From: Euryarchaeota archaeon UBA182 | GTDB taxonomy: Archaea > Thermoplasmatota > Poseidoniia > Poseidoniales > Thalassarchaeaceae | Assembly: GCA_002495675.1 (NCBI GenBank) | Contig: DAGH01000023.1 | Coordinates: 1,184 to 65,183, forward strand | DNA length: 64,000 nucleotides | Direction of reading: 5' to 3' | Shown here: positions 1-10,730 of the stretch, piece by piece | Numbering within the stretch: the first letter of the stretch is position 1 | Layout: each line of letters starts with the position of its first letter | Program-made: the position numbers and the translations under genes | The notes under the pieces: generated by a model | What the model was told of the DNA's origin: nothing | The model's input: the letters and a program-made list of their open reading frames with translations, nothing else | Database searches by the model: none

Positions 1-53
1 GCAATGGTCTGAGTCCATGTTTGTTTTTGTGAGAACCAGGGCCTTAGTCTTGC

Positions 54-1157
54 TCAGATGTTCAAACCAATTAATGCGTCTTCAACCGCATCAATTAGCC
101 AAGCGTGTACATCGTCATTCCCCATCTGAGATAGTGTTGAGTTAAGGAAAGCAGCCACCAGTGCATCCTCCGCCTCTTCTCCAGACAGCCCTCGTGCCAT
201 GAGGTAGAATCGCTGGCTTTCATCAACAGGCCCATTCGCCGTGCCATGGCCGCACCCAACCACGTCATTTTCCTCGACTTCTAGTTCAGGTATACTGTTC
301 GCCTTCGCCTTTTCAGACAACAACAGGTTGTGGAACAATTGACCGGCATCAGCCTGTCTCGCTCCCTTTTCTATTCGCAACATTCCTGTTCCCACTGAAG
401 TGCTATTACCGCCGCAAGCCGTATGCCATGCTAGACGACTGTAGGTGTTAGGGGCTAAATGACTGATCTCTATGTGGTGATCTAGATGCATCTGATCTGC
501 AGACAGGAGGGATCCCAAGACATTTAGGTTTGATCCAGGGGCGTCCAAAAGATATCTGATGTCAGCCTTTGTCCATGCGCTTCCAGCACTCACGGTACCA
601 GCGGTCACGGAAGAGTCGCGTCCCAATTTCAGAGCATCGACTCTCATGAGATTGCCATCGCGGGCCTTGTTTACGAAGACATCTTGGAGGAAGGAGCCAA
701 CTCCAGTGTGCCCTGTCCTCAGAATGCCCAACCATTCGGACGAGCCCTGAACTCTTGTCAATATCGTGGCCTCGCTAAATTTTCCGGTCTCTACGTGGAT
801 ATGCACTGCATCTAATCCACCAGTAGGCTTGACATCGAGGATTAGCGGAGTTTCATTCCTCCAGTTTTCGGGGATCGTAATGCGGATGGCCTTCCCATTC
901 GTTATCGCACTTAGGAATGAGTTACTTACAAGCGACCCCTCGAATGGAATTGATATGGCATTTCCCATTTCGAGGCTTATGTCGGATGCTTCTTCACCAT
1001 TGATCATGGATAGACTGATTTCAGGGGTTGAAATTCCGTCCGGTATCTCATTTGGATTTCCGGTGGGGTGAACCCTTTTCCAAGGGGTGTACCTCCAAAG
1101 ATGATCGGATCTTGGGGGCTCTTCCAATGAGAGGTATGCTTCTTCTGAGGCACTCAT
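54..1157 (-). CDS. sufD: Fe-S cluster assembly protein SufD (SufB/SufD family)
   Basis: C-terminal NLLLSEKAKANSIPELEVEENDVVGCGHGTANGPVDESQRFYLMARGLS matches SufD; follows sufB. Start moved to ATG 1157 (GAAGGTGA SD upstream). Confidence 0.88.
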   Translation of the reverse strand: MSASEEAYLSLEEPPRSDHLWRYTPWKRVHPTGNPNEIPDGISTPEISLSMINGEEASDISLEMGNAISIPFEGSLVSNSFLSAITNGKAIRITIPENWRNETPLILDVKPTGGLDAVHIHVETGKFSEATILTRVQGSSEWLGILRTGHTGVGSFLQDVFVNKARDGNLMRVDALKLGRDSSVTAGTVSAGSAWTKADIRYLLDAPGSNLNVLGSLLSADQMHLDHHIEISHLAPNTYSRLAWHTACGGNSTSVGTGMLRIEKGARQADAGQLFHNLLLSEKAKANSIPELEVEENDVVGCGHGTANGPVDESQRFYLMARGLSGEEAEDALVAAFLNSTLSQMGNDDVHAWLIDAVEDALIGLNI

Positions 1158-1178
1158 TACATTCACCTTCGAGTGGTA

Positions 1179-2588
1179 TCAACCGATGCTACCTTCCATC
1201 TCGAGGGCCATTAGTTTGTTCAGTTCGACGGCATATTCCATGGGGAGCTCGCGAGTGAATGGCTCAAAGAACCCATTGACAATCATTGCCAATGCCTCCT
1301 CCTCTGAGTGGCCACGACTCATTAAGTAGAATACTTGATCATCACTGACCTTGGATACACTTGCTTCATGTTCGCACCGGGCAGAGGCGTTGGCGACTTC
1401 CATTGTTGGATAGGTGTCAGTCTGGCTCTCATCATCCAGAATCAAGGCGTCACAGACAACATTCAGTTTGCAGTTCTCTGCTTTGGGTGAGACAGTCACC
1501 ATCCCTCTGTAGGACCCTCTTCCCCCGTCTTTAGATATGGATTTGGAGAGAATCTTGCTGGTTGTATTGGAAGCCAAGTGGTGAACTTTGGCACCGGCAT
1601 CTTGATGCTGACCCTTTCCTGCATAGGCGATGGAAATCACTTCGGCATGAGACCCCTCTCCTTTGAGTATGACTGATGGGTACTTCATTGTCAATTTCGA
1701 TCCGATGTTGCCATCAATCCACTCAATAGATGCATCTTTGTGGGCTATCCCTCTTTTTGTGACAAGGTTGTATACGTTAGCCGACCAATTCTGGATGGTC
1801 GAATATCGGATGTGGGCGCCATCTAGTGCGATGAGTTCGACTACTGCTGAATGTAGTGAGTCCGTGGAGTATGTTGGTGCAGTACAGCCTTCTACGTAGT
1901 GTATGCTGGAACCTTCGTCAGCTATGATAAGGGTCCTTTCGAATTGACCCATGTTTTTGGCATTGATTCTGAAGTATGCTTGAACAGGCATCTCCACCTT
2001 GATGCCCTTGGGCACATAGATGAATGAGCCACCGGACCAAACTGCGGTGTTCAGAGCGGAGAACTTGTTATCTTGGTATGGAATCACGCTACAAAAATAC
2101 TCCTTGACGAGATCTGGGTACTCCCGCAGACCACTGTCCATGTCTAGGAAGATGACCCCCTGGGCCTCTAGGTCCTCCCTGATGCTATGATATACTGCCT
2201 CGGACTCATATTGGGCCGTGACTCCGGATAACCATTTTTGCTCTGCTTCTGGTATGCCAAGACGATCAAATGTGTTCCTGATGTCATCTGGAACATCGTC
2301 CCAGTCTTTCTCAGTGGCATCCGATGAACGTAGGTAATAACATACCTCGTCGAATTTGATTCCTTCCAAGGCCTCTCGATCTCCGAAACCAGGCATTGGC
2401 CTATTCACGAAATGGTGATATGCCTTCACCCTGATTTCTGTCATCCACTCAGGTTCATTCTTGATCGCGGATATTTTCCTAACGACATCTTCACTAAGCC
2501 CAGAGTCGAACCTGATCGTTGAGTGCTCCGGGTCATGCCATCCTAGATCGTAGTCTCCAACAGCTTCTCTTGCCTCTTCCATAGCCAT
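1179..2588 (-). CDS. sufB: Fe-S cluster assembly protein SufB
   Basis: [56 protein letters not shown] motifs. Start placed at ATG 2588, just after the sufC stop. Confidence 0.96.
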   Translation of the reverse strand: MAMEEAREAVGDYDLGWHDPEHSTIRFDSGLSEDVVRKISAIKNEPEWMTEIRVKAYHHFVNRPMPGFGDREALEGIKFDEVCYYLRSSDATEKDWDDVPDDIRNTFDRLGIPEAEQKWLSGVTAQYESEAVYHSIREDLEAQGVIFLDMDSGLREYPDLVKEYFCSVIPYQDNKFSALNTAVWSGGSFIYVPKGIKVEMPVQAYFRINAKNMGQFERTLIIADEGSSIHYVEGCTAPTYSTDSLHSAVVELIALDGAHIRYSTIQNWSANVYNLVTKRGIAHKDASIEWIDGNIGSKLTMKYPSVILKGEGSHAEVISIAYAGKGQHQDAGAKVHHLASNTTSKILSKSISKDGGRGSYRGMVTVSPKAENCKLNVVCDALILDDESQTDTYPTMEVANASARCEHEASVSKVSDDQVFYLMSRGHSEEEALAMIVNGFFEPFTRELPMEYAVELNKLMALEMEGSIG

Positions 2589-2592
2589 AACT

Positions 2593-3363
2593 TCACTCTC
2601 CCTCATTGTTTCCAGACTCAAGCCATTCATACCCTCTTTCTTCTAGTTCAAGGGCGAGTTCGGGCCCACCACTCCTGACTATCTTCCCTTCTATTAGGAC
2701 ATGGACGTAGTCGGGTTTAACATGCTCGAGAATTCTACTGTAGTGGGTGATTATGAGAGCACCTGAGTCTGACCCTCTTATGGCAGTATTGATGCCTCGT
2801 GAAACGACTCTTATTCCGTCTATGTCTAGCCCTGAGTCGGTTTCATCAAGAATAGCAAGCTTGGGTTTTAGAAGCATCAATTGAAGAATCTCGAATCGTT
2901 TTTTCTCACCGCCACTAAAGCCGTCGTTTACGTACCTTGACAGAAATGATCTGGGGATAGAGACCTCTTCCATAGCCGACTTGAGAGCCTCTCTGAACAC
3001 AGGCCCCTTAGCCGAGTCCTCCCCTCTTATCGAGGCGACGGACTTTCTCAGGAAGTGCCCGACTTGCAGACCGGGGACAGCCTGGGGGTATTGGAAAGAG
3101 AGAAAAACTCCTTTCCTTGCTCTTTCCCAGGCTTCCAATTCAAGGAGGTCCTCGCCATCCAGAGAGATCTTGCCCGAACTTATCTCATAGTCAGGGTGTC
3201 CCATGATGGTGCTAGCAGCAGTTGTCTTTCCACTTCCATTTCTTCCCATGATGGCATGAATTTCTCCCGGAGCGATATTGAGGTTGATACCGTGTAGTAT
3301 CTCATTGCCCTCAATGCCAACGTGAAGGTCTTTGATTGACAAGACGGGTTGAGTGTCCGACAT
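2593..3363 (-). CDS. sufC: Fe-S cluster assembly ATPase SufC
   Basis: GRNGSGKTT Walker [33 protein letters not shown]. Likely start MSDTQP at 3363. Confidence 0.96.
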   Translation of the reverse strand: MSDTQPVLSIKDLHVGIEGNEILHGINLNIAPGEIHAIMGRNGSGKTTAASTIMGHPDYEISSGKISLDGEDLLELEAWERARKGVFLSFQYPQAVPGLQVGHFLRKSVASIRGEDSAKGPVFREALKSAMEEVSIPRSFLSRYVNDGFSGGEKKRFEILQLMLLKPKLAILDETDSGLDIDGIRVVSRGINTAIRGSDSGALIITHYSRILEHVKPDYVHVLIEGKIVRSGGPELALELEERGYEWLESGNNEGE

Positions 3364-3459
3364 TTTAGATGCTCTCCTACCTCGGCCTTGAAGCCACGGC
3401 TTTTCAACCCCTTTATGTGTCCATGAGATCAAACATAACATAATCCTCTGCACTTTGGG

Positions 3460-3957
3460 ATGAACATGCCTGCCCCCTCAAGCCCCCGCCCAGACGATGA
3501 TCTCGAGACTCTCTATCGATCACAGATTCAATCTATGATGACTGAAGAATCACAAAAGCGCATTGACAGGCATGTCGACCCAGAGGAGGACAAAAGACTC
3601 CTGAATTTGGATATCGTTGAATTGGTCTCCTCTTCATCCGAGGATGCTGTCCCAGCGCTCATGGCACGATTAGGAGTTGTGAGGGCAGCACTGATAGGCC
3701 ACGGTGGCGCACTTGTTATACACGCCCACTCGATAACCAAGGATCAAGCAGGTGCAGAGTTTCTTTCCCTGGTAATAGACCTCGACGGAGCTTGTGTTTC
3801 CTGTGGTGCTGCTCCAGGCACATTGAAGGGCATTCAAGACGACTTGCTGTCAGACCCTAAAATCTCACGCGTCAGATTCAACAAAGGTATGCTTGACTGG
3901 TTCACAGAGATCCAGAGAGAATTTGTCCTAGAGCACGGGGGGGTCACTTTCTCCTGA
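3460..3957 (+). CDS. NifU/Nfu-like Fe-S carrier protein
   Basis: LIGHGG...LDGACVSCGAAPGTLKGIQ matches the NifU_C/NfuA CxxC domain; divergent from sufC. Confidence 0.75.
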   Translation: MNMPAPSSPRPDDDLETLYRSQIQSMMTEESQKRIDRHVDPEEDKRLLNLDIVELVSSSSEDAVPALMARLGVVRAALIGHGGALVIHAHSITKDQAGAEFLSLVIDLDGACVSCGAAPGTLKGIQDDLLSDPKISRVRFNKGMLDWFTEIQREFVLEHGGVTFS

Positions 3958-3960
3958 TCC

Positions 3961-4566
3961 TCAGATCTCTACAGACAAGACCCGCCGTAGTCTTTTAACG
4001 GCCTTTGACGAGAATCCCAAAACTGTTATTTCATCACCATCAGATATATCGATATGTCGAGATGCAAGCCCCATAATGTCGTAGCCACCCGCTTTCCCCT
4101 TCCACGAACCTGTCCTTACCAACTCTTCTAGATCACCATCCATCAATGGCTGCATGAATACTTCGGATTTGTCTGAAAACAACTCCCATGTAATCACTTG
4201 ATTTGGAGTGATTAAAGCGGTGCAACTGTGGACATAATGCCTCTTTCCAGAGAGACTTCTGAGCATATTCTCCGCTTCTTTAGAATCATGCGGTTTTCCC
4301 AATGCAATCCCCGAGGTTGGGTCTTCTACCAATGTATCCGAAACCAACGCTATCCAATCATTCGGCTTCACTTCAAGGTCACGCCTAGCGCGGGTAGCCT
4401 TTGCATTGGCTATGTCCCTTACAGTGGTCGGCACATCTCCTTTTGTTGAGTACCTTGACTCATCTATGTCCATTGATCTAAATTCTATTTGGTGCCCGTT
4501 CATCCAATCCTGCTTTGAAATCCAGTCCCTCCTTCTCGTCGAGGAGGAAGCTAGGATGACCCTCAT
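3961..4566 (-). CDS. maf: Maf family nucleotide pyrophosphatase
   Basis: ILASSSTRR, SDT, LGKP, LSGKRH, GKAGGY motifs. Its ATG overlaps the upstream protease stop (TGATG). Confidence 0.88.
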   Translation of the reverse strand: MRVILASSSTRRRDWISKQDWMNGHQIEFRSMDIDESRYSTKGDVPTTVRDIANAKATRARRDLEVKPNDWIALVSDTLVEDPTSGIALGKPHDSKEAENMLRSLSGKRHYVHSCTALITPNQVITWELFSDKSEVFMQPLMDGDLEELVRTGSWKGKAGGYDIMGLASRHIDISDGDEITVLGFSSKAVKRLRRVLSVEI

Positions 4567-7500
4567 CAGAAGCCCTCAACCCGCGCTCCGCAAGACGGAC
4601 AAGTCGTTTTTCTTATCTCCTTGAACAGTTCAAACCGGGCATGACAGACATTGCACATCACCGTTCTGTACGGGTTAGTTGGGTCCGTTGGCGGAGGTGG
4701 AACAGGTTTGGTTTCAACAACAAACTCTGGTTGTGAAGTTATCACTCTCGGGGCTACTTCCTCCACCTCGTCCTGGTCAATCTCCAATGCATCCTCTGGG
4801 TCAGCTTCGATTACCACGGAAGCAGACCTCCTCCTGTCTCTCATATTCGAGAATCCCTGCCTAACAGTCCCGACGAGTAGGGAGATCAGTATTACCAAAA
4901 TTGCAGTCGCGATGCCTATCAACAGTAAATTGAACTCGGTCTCTTCCAATCCAAGGGCCAATCTTGCAGACTCAAAGATATTCGTCGGACCATCATCCAA
5001 ATCTCCATTGCTTGTAATTTCAATGATGGCCCAGCCGCCGGAAGAAGTCTGAACCATGAAAGGAAAAACAAGACCGTCAGAAACGGCCGAGGCTGCATAA
5101 GCTCTTCCAGAAGACACCCTATTTCCTATTCCAATCCAACCCTCTTCCGGGTCGATCACCCCCACGCTCACCACACGTCCGACCGGGCTGATATGGTCAT
5201 ACACGACAAACAAGGTATCCCCCCGTTGAGAGATTTTGACATATTCCCCTCCTCTGGCAAGGGTGGTTGTGGATACCCCATTGGAAAGGCCGAAACTTTC
5301 GTCCACAATCACTGTTTTTAGAACAGAACGGTCTGGGTCCCCCTCAAACCATGCCATCGAGACACTATCTTCGCCATCCACGCTAGTCACAGCCATTGTA
5401 GGAGAGGATGCCTGAACGGCAATCGCCCTCTTGTAGAACCATGAATCAGTCCCCTGAATACCGTGTGCGTACCATAGCCCCAGGACGGGTTCCGATGACG
5501 TATCGTTCCTAGATGACACGTAGGCGATATGAATCAAGTCATCTCCGATCTCTACTTCAATCGGCGCTTCGCTCAGGGACATGGAATCAACATCCCGAAT
5601 TACATTCTCAGTTAGCTCCCACTCACTTGCTGATTGTGGCTTCTCTCCACGAAGAGTAAAGATGGACTCCGAGGGTTCGAAGAGTGATCCACTCAGCATG
5701 TCCCTTAGATATCCTGCGATTACGATTTCACCGTCATCCTCGTCCAAATCTACACCGAAATAATCACCTATGTTTTTCGGGAGTGGATCCATGAGGTCTT
5801 GAGGGACCGTCAACGAGCACTGATCATCAACTGTGGCGTATGAGACAGTCTCGCTCAATACCCCAGTTCCAGTGACAAGCCTCCGAGTCCAAACGACATG
5901 TGCAATACTGCTGTCATCTACAGTGGCTGAAATCGATCCACCCCAAAATCTTTCGAGTGGGGTATTGCACTTTATTATCTCTCCATTCGCCTCGATTCTG
6001 TGCATGACAATTTGAGTGCCTTCAGAGGTGAGAATTAGCCCCGTCTCTCGGAATGAAATCACCGAAAGGGGCTGTTCCAATTCTCCGATGGAGGTCAACC
6101 TAGTCTTTACTTGGGAGTCCTCAACAACAATCGATCCTTCGAGCTCATTGTTAGACCAATCTTCGTCTGTTAACTCCGGACCAGTGACAGTGAATCTATA
6201 TCTCATCATGCCGGAGTCGCGGCCTTGGACTGGGAACTCAATTATCACACTCTGTCCAGATGGAAGCATCGACAAAGATCTGGAAGAAACCGGTAACCAA
6301 CCAACTCCTCCAGAGTCCATCGAGTAAAATGTGACCTCGACGGACGATGCATCTTCAGATCCTTGGTTTTTCACCATCGCGCTGAGAATAAACTGATCAC
6401 CGGGCGTGGGCATGGCTGGCGAAGCAAATACCCCCCCGTCCAGAACCACGATATCTACCCCCTCTGCGAGTGCATTGACTTCAAAGTCGATCGAAGCGGT
6501 GTTGTCGGTCTCGTCCAACTCCTCTATGGAGTTGGTATTGTCAATTATCACTTTGACGTCCTTGGTACCAGCAATAGATGGGCTCCAGTAGAGCGTGAAA
6601 GGAACTTGCTCGCCAACGGATACCTTCTCAATGGTGGTCTCATATCTTCTTTGCCCGTCCTCAAAGAGTGAGATGAGGATGTCGTTGGCACCAACATCTC
6701 CCTCGTTTCTAACTTCTCCCCGTACTTCGAGAAATGATCCAACCAATGATTCCCTGATTGGAATCCCGTAGTCAGTCACCTGCACCCCATCCATCAGAAT
6801 AAGGTTAGGCCTTGGTGGCAGGTTATCGATGTCAATCGTTCTGCGCTCAACTTCGCTCTTCAGACCCCCACCAGAGATCACTTGGAGATAGAGGTCGTGT
6901 TCGCCCTCCTCGTATTCTCGAGTGTCTATTGAGAATTGGAACTCACCTGTGTACCCATCTCGATTGATGTTCTGTTCCGACAGAGTGGGGCCATCTTCCC
7001 AATCGCCATTGTCTATCTTCCAGCGCATGAACCCGCCATCGATCGTCGAATAAGATCCCTCAACGGCCATTAAACCTGAAACGACCGAGTCCTGTTCTGG
7101 CCCTGATATCCCTATGTCTATGTTCCCAACTGGATGCGTGCTTTGATTGGTCTGGCTTCTTCTTCCCGACTCGTTTGTTGCTGTGGCAGATAGTCTCAGA
7201 TTTGCGTTGTAATAGTCGTTCACATCTATCTCAGGAACCAATACAGTAGTAGTCCATCTTCCTTCAAGTAAGGTGATGTTCGTTTCGTTTAAGACCATGG
7301 TTTTGAATGACTCAATCTTACCATTTGGCATCTCTTTTCTGTAGGTCAGCTCAGCACTTACTTCAATTGCGTCAACGCCGCTGGTACTTGGATCGCTTTT
7401 GTTGAGTATGCCACTAAAAGAGTAATTTTTGCCTTGAGCTAGCCATTCTCCCTCAAGAGGGGATTGAACGTGAACCCATTCCGCGCCGCCAACGATCTGA

Positions 7501-9149
7501 GTGCATTCGCCCCCGATCAGGCAACGAAACGCAGTTTCACCATCGATTATGCCATATCCATATTGATTATTCCACCTAGCGTCAATCGAAGGGCTACTTG
7601 GGGCTCCTCTTTGTTCAGCAGTTTGTTTGATGATGTTTTTGACATCATCGGGCGTCAAGGTATTGTCATATGACAATATCAGTGCCGCTAGACCTGCAAC
7701 TGCTGGACACGCCATGCTTGTTCCGTCCTTGCTAGTGTAATCGTCGGATGCTCGGGGCTGTTCACCGACAGGAAGTGGGTTTGGGGCTGCATATTGAGCA
7801 GAAACTATCCCACTTCCGGGCGCCACTACGTCGGGCTTCAACTCATCTGAGGAATCCCCATCGCCATCGTCTGTTCTTGGCCCGTAGTTGGAATAGGAAG
7901 CGATTTCATCGTCATCCCTCTCTATGGAGTTATCATCGTCTATCGAACCAACTGTAATCGCCTTGTCGGCGGCACCAACGGAGGTCACTCTGTTGGCTCC
8001 ATCGTTTCCTATGGCTGCCACAGCTACGACGCCCGCATCGACTGCAGCATTGACCGCCCTCGCATCTGCATTCTGGCCATCATCCCCTTGGTCGTCTCCT
8101 CCGGGATTGCTGATTGAACCAAAAGACATAGACATCACATCAATGCCCCTACTGGATTCGTTATTGCCCCAGTCTGTATCGACATTGTTCGCCACCCAGT
8201 TTATGCCACGAAGTGTTGCCTGTGAGTTCGTTGTCCCAATGTCGTTGAGGACTTTAACGTCAATGAGGTAGGATCCCGGCGAATATCCTATGTTGTCACG
8301 ATCCGAATCACCTGAGCCCAATGCGATTCCTGCCACATGGGTGCCGTGGCCATCCCCGTCATCCGGATCGAAATTTCCATCTGAACACTCTACCTGATTG
8401 CTGGAGGTTGCATCACATCCAGCCACCCATTTTGGGTCATTTAGGTCGCTAGGTTCGTTCTGATTGTCCTGATTAGCATCGGAAAAGTCGTCCAGCGAGA
8501 AATGCTCGTTGTCTACCCCAGTATCCAGAACTGCAATTACAACCCCATCGCCCATGTAGCCGTTGCTCCAGAAAGACTCAGGGTAAAAATCACTGGACCT
8601 GACCTTGGAGGCCTTTGTTGCGACATTGAGGTAGGGCTCCAGCACATTCTGTTGCTCGATGAGGACAACTCCACTCAAAGAAAGTACGTCATTCAATGCC
8701 GAGACCGGGACCCTGTCAACCACGATTGAATCCAATATGTCCATTCTGAAGAAAAACGACCCTTCTGGAGTCCAACCATGGTTCAATAGAGTTGCATTCA
8801 GAGAATCCGCGTCCGATTTCCCAGGGTGCCATGCATAGTTTATCACAATTGCAACAGTTTTTCTCCCATCCGGGCCTATCAATGAGGTGGGAGAGATTGA
8901 TTCCGAGGCTCCATAGATTATGCTCTCCAATCGATCATCCATGCCATCCGAGTTTGTATCGTATCCAAATGATAGCCACCAGCCAGGCTCCTCAACCGGG
9001 TCACTGGCGTCAGGAGGCATCTCAAATGAGGCCCATTCCTCGACTTCCAGGGAGGAGTCTTGAGTTAGAATTGATGCTCCTGCCGATGCATCCATCACTA
9101 TGATCAGGAGAGATAGAAAGATGGCCCTTTTCGCCCCACTGTAATGCAT
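4566..9149 (-). CDS. Large membrane-anchored S8 (subtilisin-like) serine protease with CARDB/Ig-like domains, C-terminal TM helix and zinc ribbon
   Basis: Catalytic triad motifs VIAVLDTG, GHGTHVAG, GTSMACP; N-terminal signal peptide; CARDB-like VRNEGD...IEELDETDN and VKNQGSED...WSNN; TM LLLIGIATAILVILISLLVG; terminal CNVC...CPSC. Start set at ATG 9149. Confidence 0.9.
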   Translation of the reverse strand: MHYSGAKRAIFLSLLIIVMDASAGASILTQDSSLEVEEWASFEMPPDASDPVEEPGWWLSFGYDTNSDGMDDRLESIIYGASESISPTSLIGPDGRKTVAIVINYAWHPGKSDADSLNATLLNHGWTPEGSFFFRMDILDSIVVDRVPVSALNDVLSLSGVVLIEQQNVLEPYLNVATKASKVRSSDFYPESFWSNGYMGDGVVIAVLDTGVDNEHFSLDDFSDANQDNQNEPSDLNDPKWVAGCDATSSNQVECSDGNFDPDDGDGHGTHVAGIALGSGDSDRDNIGYSPGSYLIDVKVLNDIGTTNSQATLRGINWVANNVDTDWGNNESSRGIDVMSMSFGSISNPGGDDQGDDGQNADARAVNAAVDAGVVAVAAIGNDGANRVTSVGAADKAITVGSIDDDNSIERDDDEIASYSNYGPRTDDGDGDSSDELKPDVVAPGSGIVSAQYAAPNPLPVGEQPRASDDYTSKDGTSMACPAVAGLAALILSYDNTLTPDDVKNIIKQTAEQRGAPSSPSIDARWNNQYGYGIIDGETAFRCLIGGECTQIVGGAEWVHVQSPLEGEWLAQGKNYSFSGILNKSDPSTSGVDAIEVSAELTYRKEMPNGKIESFKTMVLNETNITLLEGRWTTTVLVPEIDVNDYYNANLRLSATATNESGRRSQTNQSTHPVGNIDIGISGPEQDSVVSGLMAVEGSYSTIDGGFMRWKIDNGDWEDGPTLSEQNINRDGYTGEFQFSIDTREYEEGEHDLYLQVISGGGLKSEVERRTIDIDNLPPRPNLILMDGVQVTDYGIPIRESLVGSFLEVRGEVRNEGDVGANDILISLFEDGQRRYETTIEKVSVGEQVPFTLYWSPSIAGTKDVKVIIDNTNSIEELDETDNTASIDFEVNALAEGVDIVVLDGGVFASPAMPTPGDQFILSAMVKNQGSEDASSVEVTFYSMDSGGVGWLPVSSRSLSMLPSGQSVIIEFPVQGRDSGMMRYRFTVTGPELTDEDWSNNELEGSIVVEDSQVKTRLTSIGELEQPLSVISFRETGLILTSEGTQIVMHRIEANGEIIKCNTPLERFWGGSISATVDDSSIAHVVWTRRLVTGTGVLSETVSYATVDDQCSLTVPQDLMDPLPKNIGDYFGVDLDEDDGEIVIAGYLRDMLSGSLFEPSESIFTLRGEKPQSASEWELTENVIRDVDSMSLSEAPIEVEIGDDLIHIAYVSSRNDTSSEPVLGLWYAHGIQGTDSWFYKRAIAVQASSPTMAVTSVDGEDSVSMAWFEGDPDRSVLKTVIVDESFGLSNGVSTTTLARGGEYVKISQRGDTLFVVYDHISPVGRVVSVGVIDPEEGWIGIGNRVSSGRAYAASAVSDGLVFPFMVQTSSGGWAIIEITSNGDLDDGPTNIFESARLALGLEETEFNLLLIGIATAILVILISLLVGTVRQGFSNMRDRRRSASVVIEADPEDALEIDQDEVEEVAPRVITSQPEFVVETKPVPPPPTDPTNPYRTVMCNVCHARFELFKEIRKTTCPSCGARVEGF

Positions 9150-9211
9150 ATCCGTCCCCTCTATGATGCAGACCATGTATAATCTCGACTTCGATATGTA
9201 TCGCCGGAGGA

Positions 9212-10114
9212 CTATTTTAGTGGGCGAACTCCATTTTGGAAAGACTCCAGTATTGGAATGACTTCCGGGTCGTGGGCGAATTGATTGCTCGGGACTTCAA
9301 TCAAGGTTGATTCTGGGAGATTTTCCACAAGGAAGCCTATGGCGCTATCTGCATGCAATTTGTCTGATTCTGCAGTGATTAGAGCCACTCTAGAATCGAC
9401 CTTGGAGAGGTCCACTTTCATTCTGTATGATCCGTTGGACAACGCACTTAGCCTGAGCCGATTTACGTTGGATGCAAGCAATGTCCTTCGATAACGTATC
9501 TTCTGACCCTCCTCCTTCAGCTTGAGATCTAGGTAGAATATTGCCAGCCTGATCAGTGGGGGGTAGAAGATACTGGGCATTTTGATCAAGGGCCTGCTCC
9601 ATAATGGGAAATCAAAGCTAACGTTCGGGGCTAACAATGACACGCTTCTAGCTTTGAAAATCTCCTGATTCAATGCTTCTAGCAAGACGGTCGCACCCAG
9701 TGACGAGGCGAACCAATCGCATCCTGACTGGATCTCGGGCAGATTCTCAGTCACTGTCGAGAGATCCCGAACGCTTTGTTGTATGGATAGTGTCGACTTT
9801 CTTAATTTCCCCTTGGATTTCGCACTCCCCTTCTCTCTGGTTTCTATGTAGTATATTTTTCTAGTGAGCGCCCAAGCTTCGACGATCCCTCGCCAGCCCT
9901 CCAGAACACTATTCCAGCCAGGCACCATTACCAATGGAGGAGCATCAACTTCTGATTGAGGCGAGCATATGACGACACGCAATTGCCACCCATCATCCAT
10001 TTCTATCATTCTAGATTCGGATTCAAAGCCATCGTTTTTTGGCATTGACTTCCAGGGGTCATCCACAATACTCACGCCTCGAACACAAAACCAGCCATGA
10101 TCAATTGAATTCAA
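9212..10114 (-). CDS. Alpha/beta-fold hydrolase
   Basis: LVMVPGWNS oxyanion region, WFASSLGA nucleophile elbow, AESDKLH acid, NQFAHD His. True start may be the GTG at 10075 or slightly later. Confidence 0.7.
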   Translation of the reverse strand: MNSIDHGWFCVRGVSIVDDPWKSMPKNDGFESESRMIEMDDGWQLRVVICSPQSEVDAPPLVMVPGWNSVLEGWRGIVEAWALTRKIYYIETREKGSAKSKGKLRKSTLSIQQSVRDLSTVTENLPEIQSGCDWFASSLGATVLLEALNQEIFKARSVSLLAPNVSFDFPLWSRPLIKMPSIFYPPLIRLAIFYLDLKLKEEGQKIRYRRTLLASNVNRLRLSALSNGSYRMKVDLSKVDSRVALITAESDKLHADSAIGFLVENLPESTLIEVPSNQFAHDPEVIPILESFQNGVRPLK

Positions 10115-10691
10115 GAGAAGGCCTTTTCCTCTGATCTAGGTCATCCATCACAAATAATTCCATCTCAGATTTGCCCATCCAATTGGCAATGATGACGTTC
10201 GGGAACACCTCGATCAGGTTGTTGAAACTAGTCACTTCCGCATTGTAGGTTTCCCTCCTATCGCTGATAATGTTCTCGATTTCGCTAATTTGATCTTGGA
10301 GCTGGAGGAAGGACTCATTTGCTTTGAGGTCCGGGTACTGTTCTGCAACGGCGTAAATTTTCGGGAGCATCTGTCCCAGTAGTGCTTCGTTCTTAGAAAC
10401 TCCCCCGATATCGCCGCCTTTTGATGCGCCAGAAGCGGCCATTCGCACATCTGCGAATTTCATGAAAAGGTCCTTTTCGTGCTTCGCATATCCTGATACG
10501 GTCTCAACGAGGCTGGTAAACTGATCATATCGTTGTTGGAGGACGACATCCACATTGGACCAAGACTGCTCGACTCTGTTCTCCATTCGAACTATCCTGT
10601 TGTAGAGTCCAATCCCCCAAAAAAGGGCGATTAAAAGGACTATCCCAAAACAACTGGAACCGGCTAGTAACGCGATTGTTGCGCTTTCCAT
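10101..10691 (-). CDS. lemA: LemA family protein
   Basis: N-terminal TM; WSNVDVVLQQRYD, VSGYAKHE, AEQYPDLKANESFLQLQ, RRETYN, FPNVIIA motifs. Confidence 0.93.
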   Translation of the reverse strand: MESATIALLAGSSCFGIVLLIALFWGIGLYNRIVRMENRVEQSWSNVDVVLQQRYDQFTSLVETVSGYAKHEKDLFMKFADVRMAASGASKGGDIGGVSKNEALLGQMLPKIYAVAEQYPDLKANESFLQLQDQISEIENIISDRRETYNAEVTSFNNLIEVFPNVIIANWMGKSEMELFVMDDLDQRKRPSLEFN

Positions 10692-10730
10692 GGAGGCCCG
10701 AAGCCCGGCGAAGAGATGAACCTTGGCCTA

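Noticed and set aside
1..53. Possible start of a further minus-strand gene (ATG at 18), e.g. sufS
   Set aside because: Only six codons visible; identity cannot be supported.
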